A model generated the notes under the pieces. It was not told where the DNA came from. It was given only the letters and a program-made list of their open reading frames with translations, and did no database searches. A stretch of 64,000 bases of DNA, taken from NCBI RefSeq assembly GCF_036321535.1, contig NC_087436.1, forward strand, positions 46,316,001 through 46,380,000, given 5' to 3'. Source of the DNA: Camelus dromedarius (Eukaryota). The stretch's first letter is position 1; the number at the start of each line of letters is the position of its first letter. Made by a program: the position numbers and the translations under genes. Below are positions 25,251-38,309 of the stretch, piece after piece.

Positions 25251-27409
25251 AAGGTAATTAAATACAGGTTTATCCACCTGTGTAAATAATTATTTATACA
25301 TTTATAGTTTTACATATCCCATTTTATGCATAAATACACATATGCATGCATGCATTTAAAGTTAAAAGTTTTATACATGTTTGAGCTTGTTTGAAATAAA
25401 TGGAATTAGAATAATTAAATGTGACATTGATTTCTAGAGGGCAAACATGATAATCATGCTGCAGCTCTGTGTAATGGAAAATGCTCTCCTAAAGAAATTA
25501 ATTCCCAAAAGGAACAAACTATCACAAAAATAGAAATGCAGAGTATTTCATGTTATTCTTTAAGCTTTTTATAAAAATGATAGCCTGGATAATGTGTAAT
25601 GGGTTATTTATTTATAGAATGATGTTTACTGAACTTTTGCTTGTGGGTTTTCACAAGGGATAAAGAAGAACTTTTCAGCAGTAGCTCAATCAGTTCAGGG
25701 TGTGTGAAGGGGAAACCTAAGAGAAGCATTGAAAGGGTCTCAGCTCTGTGAAAGAGACAGCCAGATGTCAGCCTGAAGAGCAGCCTTTGTCTGCCTTCCA
25801 TGCTGGGCAGAGTATGTCATGAACAAGATGATCAGCATATGGAGTGAATTACTGGGAAAGGCAGTTGGAGGAGCGCATAGATGAATTCAAGAAACACCTA
25901 GGCTTGTTTCTGGAGAAAGGGAATTGATGAGTATTATGGGAAAGCAGGAAGGTTGTATTAGCTTCTGCAAACAAAGTGGTTATACTGAGAAAGATTGTTT
26001 TCCTTTCATGCACTTTTTACATTGTTGTGTATCTTCAATCTCTATATTAAGGAATATCCCCTCCACCCCTGAAGCACACTGTTCTTTTACAAACAATTTC
26101 TTTTCAACTTTATCTTCCAAGAGGTCAGATAAGCTTAGGTTTGGGGCATCAAAACTATTTACCATTTTTAGCAAACTTTGCTGCTTACTGCACTTTTATT
26201 CACTCACCTAGCCCTTCTCTCACCTGTAGTCATCAGGGGTTTGACTTTACCTGTGCATTCCTCCTAAACCTCTCCCTTTTCAATCATTATTATGGCTAAG
26301 TCACATAGTGTTTGACAAAATATGTTAAATATTTGTGGCTCTTCCTGACTCCTTTGGAATTCTATTTTGAAGTATCCTCAAATCATCCAGGGCAATTTTG
26401 TGACATAAACAATATACTCTCATCACACTTTAAAAAGGAAATTATAAGTTGTCTCCCATTCCTCTTACGGTCCACTTAGGGCTTCATTTAAAGCCCCTCG
26501 GAAGTAGTCACTTTAATTTCCTTAGTGCTGACTCTAGAATTTTGAGACCAGAGGTAGCTATACAGTGTATAGCATGCAACATCCTTCTCCAGTATTACAA
26601 CTGAAACTCTGCACCCTGTGAAACAAATCTTCCCAGGGTTATTTATATGGAATTCATGACTAGTAGAATTATGAAAGGCTAATATTTTTCTCTGGAGAAG
26701 ATAAACTTGGTGTTAAAGGTGTTAAAAGTGTTAAAGGTATTAAAGAGATTTTTATAAACATTTTTATTTCTTTAGGTTTAGAAATGCTAGAGGGAAAATA
26801 AGCAGCCACCTTCATTTTCCAATATTTTCCATTTTCCTTAGTCAACTTTTAGGTGGCTGCATATAATTTAAATCTCATTAAACATAAATTTTGTTGTAAA
26901 TAGTATTTGCCATCATAGATGTGATTGTATAAGCTGCATTTCAGCCCCCTCCCACATATTCCTTTATCGTGCATGCTTCTTTTACGCTCTCATAATTTCT
27001 TGAATTTTTCTCACTTTCATGAAAGTTAAACAGAAATTTTGGTAAAAATAGAATACTGTATTTTTGCCATATTTCTCTTTTATATTAAAAAATAGCTGCA
27101 TATAACATTAAATATTTTTGCCTCTTGTCTAGAAATTCAAGTACTTTAGTTGGAAATCTGCTTAATGCTGGCTTTTCCAAGACAATTTTAACTAATGTTA
27201 AATGTTAACATAGATTTCTAGTTCCTTATTTATTGTTAAATCTACCTTTCCCAAGCAAAGCAATTATTCTTCTGACTATCTTTCTATAAAATTCTACAAA
27301 AGATTCAGGTTGGAAGTTTTGACTTGACTATATTTTTTTTTACTGTATGCAAAACCTCTTAAAGGAAAGCATCTTATTAAAGATATTTAGATTATTAGAA
27401 AATAGTGTA

Positions 27410-27655
27410 AAATAATAATAGAGCTAACATTCATCATGCATTCACTGTGAGCCCTGAATACCCAGAGTGCCTTACACGGACTACCTCCTTTGAAGTAGTT
27501 TATGTTATCACACCCATTTTACAGATAAAGAGACTGAGTTTTCACTGGTTGAGTAACCTTTCCAGTATCACAGAACTGATAAGTACTCAAGCAAGAAATG
27601 AATCAAGGCAGTCTGATATCAAAATCCATGCTTTTCATCACTAGCTAATACAGCC
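27410..27655 (-). mobile_element. MIR SINE
   Basis: 'cccattttacagataaagagactgag...gagtaacctttccagtatcacag...aatcaaggcagtctga' is the MIR core in antisense. Confidence 0.75.
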
Positions 27656-30600
27656 TCTACATTATTTCATTTGGTATTCTAATCTCTCAAATTTTGTGAA
27701 TAACATTGATTATATAAATGTCCTGTGCTTGAAGTAGGTTGGGATGTAGAGGTCCTTTTGTTTTTTAAGCTTCTTGATGAGTTAAATTTCTTGCTATCAG
27801 TTTGAATTATCTGACCTAGACAGTACAGTTGTATAAATTAGTAAAGAAAACGATTGTAAGTAAAAAAGAGTGATGATGACCTTAAAGATTTAAGATAAGT
27901 TTTGTTTTGTTTTTCTCTGAGAATAGGAAGATTTAGTTATTATTTAGAGAGTGAAAATGATTCGCAATATCAAAGATGTTTGAATTATACTTAAAACATT
28001 TTGCATTTGCCAAATAGGAAAATATTTACTTAACTAAATAGGACAGGTTGCTTTATCATCTTATCCAAAATGTTACAGCTGCCTGGATTATGGGGCTTCT
28101 CACTTAAAGCAAGTGCTAGTATCACAAACAGAAACACTCACTTGTCCAGAGGTATGGATTCTTGGTCTCCAGTCTTCCTGTATTTTAGAGCACCTCTGCT
28201 TAACCATCAGGTTTTGCATCAGATTACCCAGGGTCTTCCTGCGGCTCACAGCTGCTTATCTGCAAGACAGCTTGATCTTAGAAACTAGGTATCAGCATAA
28301 GTTATTTAGCACTTCTGTGTCTGCTTAAAGAAAAGTAGCACACCATAAATCAAGAAGGCTTTCAGGAAATATATAATATTGATGAAAAGTCACAAAAGTA
28401 CTGTCTAGAGCAACAAAAAGGCCTCCACGAACGTGCATTCAGATAGCGATACTGAAGCAGAGACTTTCACAATATGTCGTCAGTCCCCAGTGAAAGTTCT
28501 TGCTCCAGTATTTCAAGAGATTGTTATTTACATATTTAAAAGTGAAACTTATTGCTTCTTTAAGCAATGATATACTTCCAGTGAACATGGTTTACCTTTG
28601 GCAACTGCTCCCATAATTAGGCAGGAAAAAGAGCTGTTTGCTAGGGCTGTGCAGCTGAGTGCCATTCTGTCACAGGCCTGTTTTCTGGTTGGTGTGCTTC
28701 TGTAAAATTAAAAATAGAAGAATCTGAACTTGTAAAAGGCTTCTATTAGTTTAACCAGTTGGCAAATAGAATTTTAAATGTATAGAACTTTTAATAATAA
28801 TAACAATAATAGTATGACAAAGGAAGTCTCTTAGTAGAGAACTAGATGGACAAGTTCTATTCTCTGCTGAGAAAATGATAATAGGGCAAATTTGTTTACA
28901 GTCAGTACGCTGTTTTGCTGTGTATGAGGAAAACACGCATGAAATGTCAAGTGATAATGACAACGTTCATTTGCTGTCATGTCGTCTATCAGTTGTTTTC
29001 TAGAGCTTCCTAACCCTTCATTCCAATTCCAAACACGTTTACTCTGTTTAAATTTCCTAAGCCTCCACTCAGTTGATGAATTCGTCTTCAACCTCTAGAC
29101 AAATATAAATCTTTAGGTATGCAAGGACCAAATGAGTACTTTTGGTAAATCATTTCTATTGCTATCTCTACTTGATTCATTCTGTGCATGTGGACATGCC
29201 CAGCAGGGGTTGCCAAGTATAATGTGATAACTTGATCTCCTCTCCCATGTCCTAGATAAGAGCCTTTGATAAATATGAAGTTCAGCTTGTTAAGTCCAGC
29301 TAGGCCTTGTTTTACAAATACCCTGGTCTCCCACCCCATCGTGGTTCATTTTACAGTTTTCTTATCCAGAAGAAGACTTTAAAGGCTTTTCAGAAGGGCA
29401 GCTGATTTTCACAGTCTGGGAAGACTTGGTTTAGGATCCTCCAAGCTTTCCAAAGAGAGCATAAGCAGCTCATGCATTGTCTCTGTAGGACCTCATAGTA
29501 TGAAGCCTTTGGGCCTGGACATATTGGCCATCCGTGTGCTGCAGTCCTGTATTGTGCACTTGGGAAGATAAGTCAAAGAGAATCCACAATCTCAATCCAT
29601 TTCTTGGCATTTTGGTTTTACATTGTTATGCCCTCTTCCAATGAAGAATAATGAGGTGAGTTTTCTTTGTTCCTCAAAGCATATCTGAGCACCAAATTTT
29701 TACTCTTCCTAGGTTAAAAAAAAAACCCACTAGCATATTTTTAGAAGAGAAATACATTATTTACTTATTTTGTCTAATGGAAGTTGAGCCTTTAGAAAGT
29801 GTGTATTTGGTGTTCTGACCATACAATGGAATGGATTCCGAGTGCACTAGAGTCACTTAGCTGAGTGATTAGCATCAGTATAATGATTTACTGATTCTGA
29901 TTTAATGATTCACTGAGTTAGAATCAGTTTAATGATAGTATGTCTATTAATTATCATTTAAAGAATTAGGATTTGAGGAATATCAGAAATTTTAATAAAT
30001 CACTTTGCATAGTTGAGTAATTCTTTTTGTTTCATGTGCTTGAAATTTCCAGTGTACTACAAAAAATATTCAAGCTAAAAACAATTTTATTTGGAATAAT
30101 GTTTTGCCACATCAACAATGAATGGTGCTGGTTGACTATATGGGAATGAAGTGAATGATATTCCTTTGAAAACCTGAAAAAATTAGATAAGAAATATGGG
30201 CCAATGATTCAAGTGCATGATTAGCATGTTTTTAAGCTGATTTGTTCTTGTGTAATTGTTATAAGTCTCTGCTTTAACTTCTGTAGTTTTTGAAAAACCT
30301 GTTTTCAAATGTAGTCTTTGAAACTCATCAGATGACTTAAAGGAAGGCTTATTTTGACTTTCAGAGGAGGATTTGCAAACTAATCATCAACAATCCACAT
30401 TTCCACTGATGAATGTCTAAAATCCTAAAGTTTTCAGACATGTGGCATGAAGTGTATTGCCAAAATGTAGTATCTTAATGCGGTGTGATGTAAATGATTT
30501 GATTAAGTTGACAGTCAACTACCAAACACAAGAACCTTATGTCAAGTACTAGGTATGCATATGAATCACGCTAAGTCTGAAAGAAAGTTGCAGTGACAAG

Positions 30601-31064
30601 GAAAAGAATTGAAGATTACTAACTTAGTAAATATAAAGACACATTATTTTTAAGGAATCATTTTTAAAAGTTTTTTTTTTAAAGGAAGGAAAGGATAAAA
30701 AAAATCATGGCACAAAGTGAACTTGAATGTTCAAGAGGATTATGGTGATGTATTTAATGGTTCTCTTTTGATGGAGTTCAGTGTCTGTGCCAAGCAAATG
30801 TAATGGAAATGAGGAAAATTAAATTCAAGAGTTTGCTTTGTGAAACCTCAGTTCTTCTGGCAAAATCTGAATGAGGACTTGTTTGACTAGTCAGCCTTAG
30901 ATATTATCTCTTATCCAACATGTGCCTGTGGTTTGGATGGATTTCCTTTTTATTTTTATGCAACTGTCAATTGAGAAAGTAAGAGCTCACTGTCCCCCAC
31001 TGGAAGGGTATTATATATAAGTAGAAAGGTTTTCAAAACTCTGGAAGACAAAACTTTAGTCATT

Positions 31065-31103
31065 ATTCATTCGTTCATTCATTCATTCATTCATTCATTC
31101 ATT
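31065..31103. repeat. (ATTC)n tetranucleotide repeat, probably an expanded L2 tail
   Basis: Directly visible, and followed by 'tattcaatatttattgag...ccaggcagtgtgct', an L2 3' end in antisense. Confidence 0.85.
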
Positions 31104-32384
31104 GTTTCATTAATTTATTGTTTCATTTATTCAATATTTATTGAGGCACTTCCAGGCAGTGTGCTGAATTTGACTAGACACATAATATTAAAAAAAAATA
31201 GGGCCTTTAAAATTATGCCTCCTTTGATTTGTTATGGATGTCTTCCAACTAAAGTTTCTTAAGTTAAAAACATTTTTGCAGTGAGATACATTGAAAGAAA
31301 TCAGTTAAGAGTTCCTCTGGATTTAGAAAAAGCTAAAGTCTTTTGATAATAACTTTGAAGTAATCAAAATATTATCATCTAGATTACATGAGTAATTGAT
31401 GCAAAAATATGCTATTAAAAGTTTTGGTCCTGATATGCTTTGTCTCAGACATAATTTTACAGAATTGTCATTAGTTCTGGAAATTTTTCTTCAAACATGG
31501 TCCTTAGAAGACAGCTGTGTGTTTGTGTATGTATATGTTTGACTGTGTGTATCTTTTAAGAGGAAGGATTAACTTAGTCGATATGTCAGAGGACTTTTTA
31601 GTTGTAATCCACAAAAGGGTTGGAAACTCTATCTTGTCTTGGTGGGGGGTACGGGGATATAATTTTTAACTTCAGTTTATCTTTTTCAAAGCATTATTAA
31701 AGTCATGCTTGATAGTTCCCTTTTAACTTATCATTCAAGCTCTGCATTCAAATGCTTGGAAAATCACTCAAGTCTAATGTTTCTTCTTTTATTCAGACCC
31801 AGAGTAGGAAATTTGACCAGCGTTCAGTGTAACTTTCCCCAGTAAGGATAAAAAAGTGACTGTGATTTCGGATTAATTTGTGAAGTAGTTGTCAGAGTTA
31901 ACAATTTTTTTTTCTAACAATATTTCATTTAACCTTCAACTTTCTGACCTCCTGTGATCATAGTTTATTGTCATCTCCTTCTATAAATAAGCAGTCTGGG
32001 GCTCATACAGATTGAATGAGATGCTCAAGGTCATCTAACCTTAGTTGGGTGGAGACTCGAACTAAATCTCCTCATACCAAGTTGTATACTCTTTTTCATA
32101 CAACGTAGTTACCTCCAAGAAATCTTGGAAATTAATAAAAATGCTATGAATATAGGAAGAATTAGAATACTCTCATAAATATCATTATTTACCTATGCAG
32201 TTATCAAATTCTTATCTAAGTTTTTAATTGACAGTAAGGGGAACAAGTTTTAGCAGTTCCATTTTACCCATCATTTAATACTTTAAAATTCAAGGTAGCT
32301 TCTAAAAGAGTAAGAGGGTAAGGGAATAAATCTTCATTTTCCCAAAGGAAGTCTATTCTTTGCTGAAAGCAATATTTATTCCAC

Positions 32385-32388
<4 letters not shown>

Positions 32389-32427
<39 letters not shown>

Positions 32428-32443
32428 TGTGATATGTGTGTGT
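32389..32443. repeat. (TG)n microsatellite
   Basis: Directly visible. Confidence 0.95.
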
Positions 32444-33648
32444 AAGCATATGTGCATATGTATGTTTTAACTTCTTTTCAGGCTGTGTGCCTTTGTCTCA
32501 GATCTCACTGTGGACCAGTGGTAGTAGCCCTTGTCTTATGGTCACTTTCCCTGGGTCACAAATAGCTTTCTTTATTGCATTAGAGTGCTATAAATTTTTC
32601 GTGATCCCAAGCTGAGTTTTAACCAGTCACCTCAAGGTGAAAAGCTCAGTATCACATTACTGTTTCTTTGGGCTGTCATCCATTGCTCCTGACCAACATG
32701 TCATAAATGTTTTAAGAGTCTGCAGCTCCTTCAGCTTGGTTCTAATCTGAGTTATACAGCTCAGGCTCACATCTCAATGAATCTTGGAAAACTTACTCCT
32801 GCACTTGTGTGTTCATGCAGAGCAGCCAGACTCTTCAAAATAAGTGGTGATATGTCCTGGCCTATTTCAGGTTAAAATGGATTCCCTGTGAGTCTAGTGT
32901 TAAGGACGACAGTATTGCACAGGGCTTTTTTTCACCCAGAGAGTTATTAGTCAGACATATGAGCCATTATGCAGGAAAGGCAAGAATTGTCCTGGAAATG
33001 CTTTGGCTGGCTTCTGAAAGAGCTCTCAGGAAGTGATATATGCTCTTGAGCACTATATTGTGAACTCTGTGTTAAGTGTTGTGGATATGTATTAAAGTAC
33101 AGGATGGACTCACATACACAAGCAAAAACAATTGGGATTAAAATAATTTATCAGCAACAATATAGGACACCTCAGAAAGAAGTGCGTGATAATTGTATAG
33201 ACAATTACTGTAGAGTTTGAGGGCAGAAAAAGTACTTTGCACTGAGGAAGACCTCCTTGATGAAATAAGTTTAATTTGCATCTTAAAGAGTGATGGGATT
33301 TGGAGGGACCAAAAGAAGAGAGAGTATTCAGGAGCAAAAACACCTTTTAGAGGAAGAGCAAAAACAAAAACACCTTTTAGAGGAAGAGGGAAATGAGTCG
33401 AACTGTATTTAAGAGGTTACAGAAAGGAGAATCAAAGCAAACAAAGTAGAAATTGAGACTGTGAGCCAGATTATTAGAAGCCAGGCTGAGGGTTCGACTT
33501 TATCCTGAAACATTAAAAAAAAATGCTTTTACCAGCTTCCTTTTTATATAATTCTTTGTCTTTCAGGGGATGTTGCCAAATTTGTATTTTGCACTTTATA
33601 GTGGGGGAAAAATGGAAGAAACTTGACACATTTAGATTCTGTGCCTGT

Positions 33649-33649
33649 A

Positions 33650-33684
<35 letters not shown>

Positions 33685-33695
33685 TATATATATAT
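33649..33695. repeat. (CA)n(TA)n microsatellite
   Basis: Directly visible. Confidence 0.95.
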
Positions 33696-36600
33696 TCACT
33701 GAAGAGAGGACTTTCCTCAGGCCATTTCATGAAACAACAACAACAACAAAACTCTGTTCAATCCAGGCTGTAAATATTAGCAACCTTCATTTAACTTTGG
33801 TGATGTGCATTAATCCTTTAAAGATGTCCATCACTAAGGTTGAGTCCAGAAGAGTTTCCTTTGCTGTTACATCATGTCATACGACTCACTGTCGTTCTCG
33901 ATGGTGTTAATTCAGAAAGTAAACTTTCAAGTGGAATTTAAAACTGACAAATTCTACTTGGCCTTCTGACTAAGAGTAAGCATATGAAACATAAGGAGTA
34001 AAAAGATTTTGTTTTTTAAAAAATAGTGCTTACTTATATTATCTTTCATCAGACATTTAGACATAACTTCATTTCAGCACTTGCAAGCAGTTTGTTTAGT
34101 TCTGGTTGCTATAAATTCTAGAACTGTATATTTTTAAATTTCTTTCTGAAAACACTTTCAGGGTTTCCTAACAGCTTCTTGAATTTTTGATAAATGTAAT
34201 GAAATGACTGATGATAGATACCTTCCTCTGTGTTTAATTAAGATGCAAAGTCATTTACCAAAGGGAAAAAAATTATTATGTGAGGATAGAATGTAGAAGA
34301 AAAATAAAGAAAACTTGTTAACAAGGAAATAGTAGAAGATAAAGACTCAGATTAAGCTTTCGTGGATAAAAATATCAAAGGCTTGTTAGAAAAGGAATTA
34401 TATAAAATTATCAGCTCCTTATATTTTTTGTAGTTCGTCTGTACTAATTTGAACTTAAACTCTATTTAGAGAAAAAGAAATTTGCTTAAAGAATAACTTC
34501 ACTTTATTCTGAAATAGAAGTGTTTTACATTTATATGTAATGAATTTTATAAACTCAAATTTTGTGCAGAAAATTTTGTAAACTCAAACTTAGTGCTTCA
34601 TATTTTTGTCAGTTCAATTGAATCTTTGGGAAATTATTGTTCTAAAATATATTCAAATAAGTCACATGGTAGATGTAACTGCACTAAATGCCTCTAGTAG
34701 ATCTGACCTCACTGTTCATGATAATTCATTTAATGAGGTGAAGTTTATCTTTGCATTTTTTTATGAAAGAACAGAGTAAATAAAATCAGTACAACTATAT
34801 GTGAGAAATTACTTCCTAGTGCTTTTGAATTCTTCACTTCGTAGAAAGGAAAAGAAGCTAGTATTTATTAAAAAGAGGTGCTGCCATGTACCTTCCTTAC
34901 ATCCTGTGAAGTAAGGAAGCAACTGAAGATCAGAAATAAAACTGACCCGTCCTAAATGGGTTGAAGTTGTTTCACTGAAAGAACATTTCTTTCCTGGGTT
35001 TTTGTAGACATGACTCCATTATCTCTTATTACTGAGTTTTGTCATGGAGAAGGGTGAGGTCAGTCTGATTTTTCTTTCTCTCTTAGTAATGATCTAGTCT
35101 TCCTGCCGGGATGATTGAATGACTCTTTATTTGTAACTTTTTTAGCTTATGTCTCCAATTTGACTGGTCTGTCAGATTTTCCTGGGAAGTTAATTCGGGT
35201 CTTCTTTGGTTTAAGATTTCCTCGAACTACTGCTGCCGAGTCTCCCACTGTGCCTGTCCAGCCATCTTCTTCAGGTGCCAGGCACAGCTCCCTTTTCAGT
35301 CCTCTCTGAAACTTTTTATTGGTAAAGAATTGTTGAGTTTCATGAGGCCAAGTTGAATGGAACAAGGTCCCTGCTTCCCAGAAGTTGAATAGAACAAGGT
35401 CCCTGCTTCCCAGAAGTTTACAGATTTACAGGGGAGGCAGACAGTAAACCAGCCGTTTTAGTACAGTATGATGCTTGTGATGATGGTAGTACCCAGTGGG
35501 TTCACTGAAAGAACAAACATCTCAAATCTATTCCTTGAATATCCTGAGAACTAAAACAAAACAAAACAAAACAACCTGTTGATGGTCACTATTGTTTTTA
35601 TAGTAGATTTAATTTTCACATCTTAATGCAATTTAGATTAAAAAAGAACTGGATTCTAGTCTTGGATCTGCCCTCAAGATCTAGTGAGGAATTCATCTAT
35701 CAAGAAGTATTTACTCATCCTTAGCATGGGGAAAAGATACTTGGTCTGTCCTCATTTGTGGGATTATGGCAAAGTTAAAATGAGGTACTTTAAAAATTGA
35801 GTAGTTCTCTTAAAATGTACCTCAATGCTTTCTTATCTTTGGATTCATTATTTCTGTTTCTAGAGGGTAGGGGAGACTGAACTGGCATACATTTTGTGAT
35901 TTCTGTAGATAATGAATATGAAACTTAGCACAGTCCCTGGAATATTATGGACAATAAATATGAGCTATTACAAAATTTACTAAAAGTAGTAGCATTTTCA
36001 TGAAATGGCAAAATCATTTACCAATGTAAAATGTCTTTCATCTTGATCCTCCCCATAAAATCTGACAATGCAAAGTTTTCTCACTTATGCAGTTTGAATG
36101 CTGTATTTTTGGATCAATAAAATTGGGAAAGTAAACTTTGATCTTGTTTAATAATTTCTTCATTATGAATCATCTTCATGGTGAAATATTTATTAGCAGG
36201 CTAGGAATTTTCTTATATTTATGGATTGAAAACAACCCAGTCCTCTGACTACTAGCAAGTTTTAAGAATTTATGGTTTCATGTGGACTTTTAAAACTTGA
36301 ACTGGTTTGTGCACTTATATGTGGTTAAGATCTCAGAATGGCTGATTTTGACTTTGTTTGGCCACAGTTGGCATTGGAACCTTAAATTGTGCCTTAATGC
36401 CTGACTCTCATTGTGGAGCCGTAACTATTCCAATTTTTATCACATTCAGAATTATTTTTTGTCATCTAATGATATTAGAAATGTAGACTCATGAAGCTGA
36501 GAAGATGAAAGATTTTTTAGTTTACTTTTGTTTACATTTAACCCTCATTTGGGACCTTCATCTTAACCTTTTACGTAGGGAGATTGGGGAAAAAAATGTC

Positions 36601-38309
36601 TTTAACAGTGCATACCTGTTGCTTATTTTTGAAACTTAAAGAATAATGAAGTTACAAAATCTAGAAAACAAAGTCACAGATATTAGCACTAACTTTGATA
36701 ATTATGGATTACATAAAATACCTGTGATACTTTATCTAAATTGCATGATATACCTCATTGTCCCCAAATGCCTTTTAATAGGTGTTTTTATGATTAAAAT
36801 CTAAAGTTTTCTTTTAAGGGCGTATTCTCTAGTTTATACATCATCTTCTCTTTGTATCTGTAGAATAGTGTTTTGGTGAACACCTATGTAGAGCACTGTA
36901 TAAGGTACTCTTCAGAAATTAAACTCAACTGAGACAGACCCTCAACTGTGTTAACTATCGTTCTCAAGTATCAGACAAAATTAAAAGATTAAGACTTACA
37001 AAGCATTTATCTAATACTAAGATAAGCAGCATAAACTATGCCTTTCCATGCATGTCGATTATTTTTTAATCCTATTTCAAATTTTAATAAGTTTCTTGTA
37101 AAAATGTATTTTCAATTAAGAAAAAAGAAACTTAGAGTCTACTCATTACCCCAGAAACTTCAGAGTATTAAATAACTCTTGTACTAACTTTTTGGATGCC
37201 AGTCAAGTTGTGTGTGTGTTTTTAAATATAAGGATATGAATAGTGTATGAAATGAGGCTTAAATAATAATCAGAGAACAATGTGTATCTCAGTGCACTGC
37301 AGCTATTTGACCCAATATTTAACTATTTGGGGAATTCTAATTATTCAAGAAAAAATACAGGTAAGACATAGTATGCAGAAAACAATAAATTTTTGAGGAA
37401 TATAAATCCTAATGTATATACTTCAAAGCCTGTATTTAATAACAGAGCTTTTTAAAATAAAGAAGGTAGAATAAAAGTAACATACTTTCCTAGAAGTTTA
37501 GCAACGAGCACAGTCCGTAATGTATTAAATGATCTTAAACCTGGAGTGGTCAAAAAGAGCGGAAAGTCACCATATGTGAAACAGGGGCCTTGCACATGGT
37601 AGATGAGTCTCTCCCCTAGTGTGTGCATGAGTCCCAGTCCTCTTCTATCTTTCAGGCAAGGGTAGTACATGGATCACTTCGGAGAATGCTGTTAGACTTC
37701 AGGGCATAAGTTAGGCGTTTTGTTGCCATTTTGGTGTTAGAAGGGAGGGGTCAGGGGATAGGTAGTGTGGTTACATTTATGTTTAGGGGCAGACCCTTTA
37801 TTTGCTCTGTCCAGTCACAGGGTGTTATGAAACCTAAGGATGCTAAGGTACTTACTATCTACATGATTTCTGACTGCTGATATTGACCTTAATCATCCGG
37901 TATATGCTGTTTTCCTCAAAGAGACTTTTGGTTTTTGGTTTTTGTTTTCACTAAAATAAAAAAAAAAAAATGCTGTAGCATGAATACTAACAGTAGCATT
38001 ATTGAAGGCTGGGATTCAGCCATGGCTCTTGGATTACTCCAGTGTTGTGATTCCCCTAGCTTCTTGGAACATTTTGCCCACCCTCTGGGTGGTTGATAGT
38101 CAAGTCCATATTCAGCCCTCATTATACTCACACGCATTCTGAATAGGAGGAATTCCACACCAGCTAGGTGGCAGCAGGTGTCCTGTTATCCACTGTCTGT
38201 CAGACCCTTTTCTTGTCCTTCCTTCCCACCACCTTGCCCAGCTGAACCATATATACAGCCCCCTGTGCCGGAGACCCTATCAGAGAACTTCTTTGTAGTA
38301 TTTTTATTT

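Noticed and set aside
28831..29091. Minus ORF containing 'QSKRVWNWNE', reminiscent of the cadherin propeptide/EC1 boundary (RxKRxWxWN)
   Set aside because: Similarity is limited to a few residues, with no cadherin EC1 motifs downstream and no proper exon structure.
29490..29660. Plus-strand segment bounded by ctctgtag| and |gtgagt
   Set aside because: Stops occur in all three frames. It cannot be supported as coding, and there is no evidence for a non-coding exon beyond the motifs.
35147..35365. 72-aa minus ORF in a GC-richer patch
   Set aside because: No recognisable homology, a non-ATG start and a poor splice acceptor.
33335..35418. 24-32 bp direct repeats as a possible CRISPR-like array
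   Set aside because: Each unit occurs only twice, the units are unrelated to each other, there are no spacers, and the context is eukaryotic.
37560..37640. Possible tRNA-derived SINE or tRNA
   Set aside because: No convincing A/B boxes, cloverleaf, tail or TSD.
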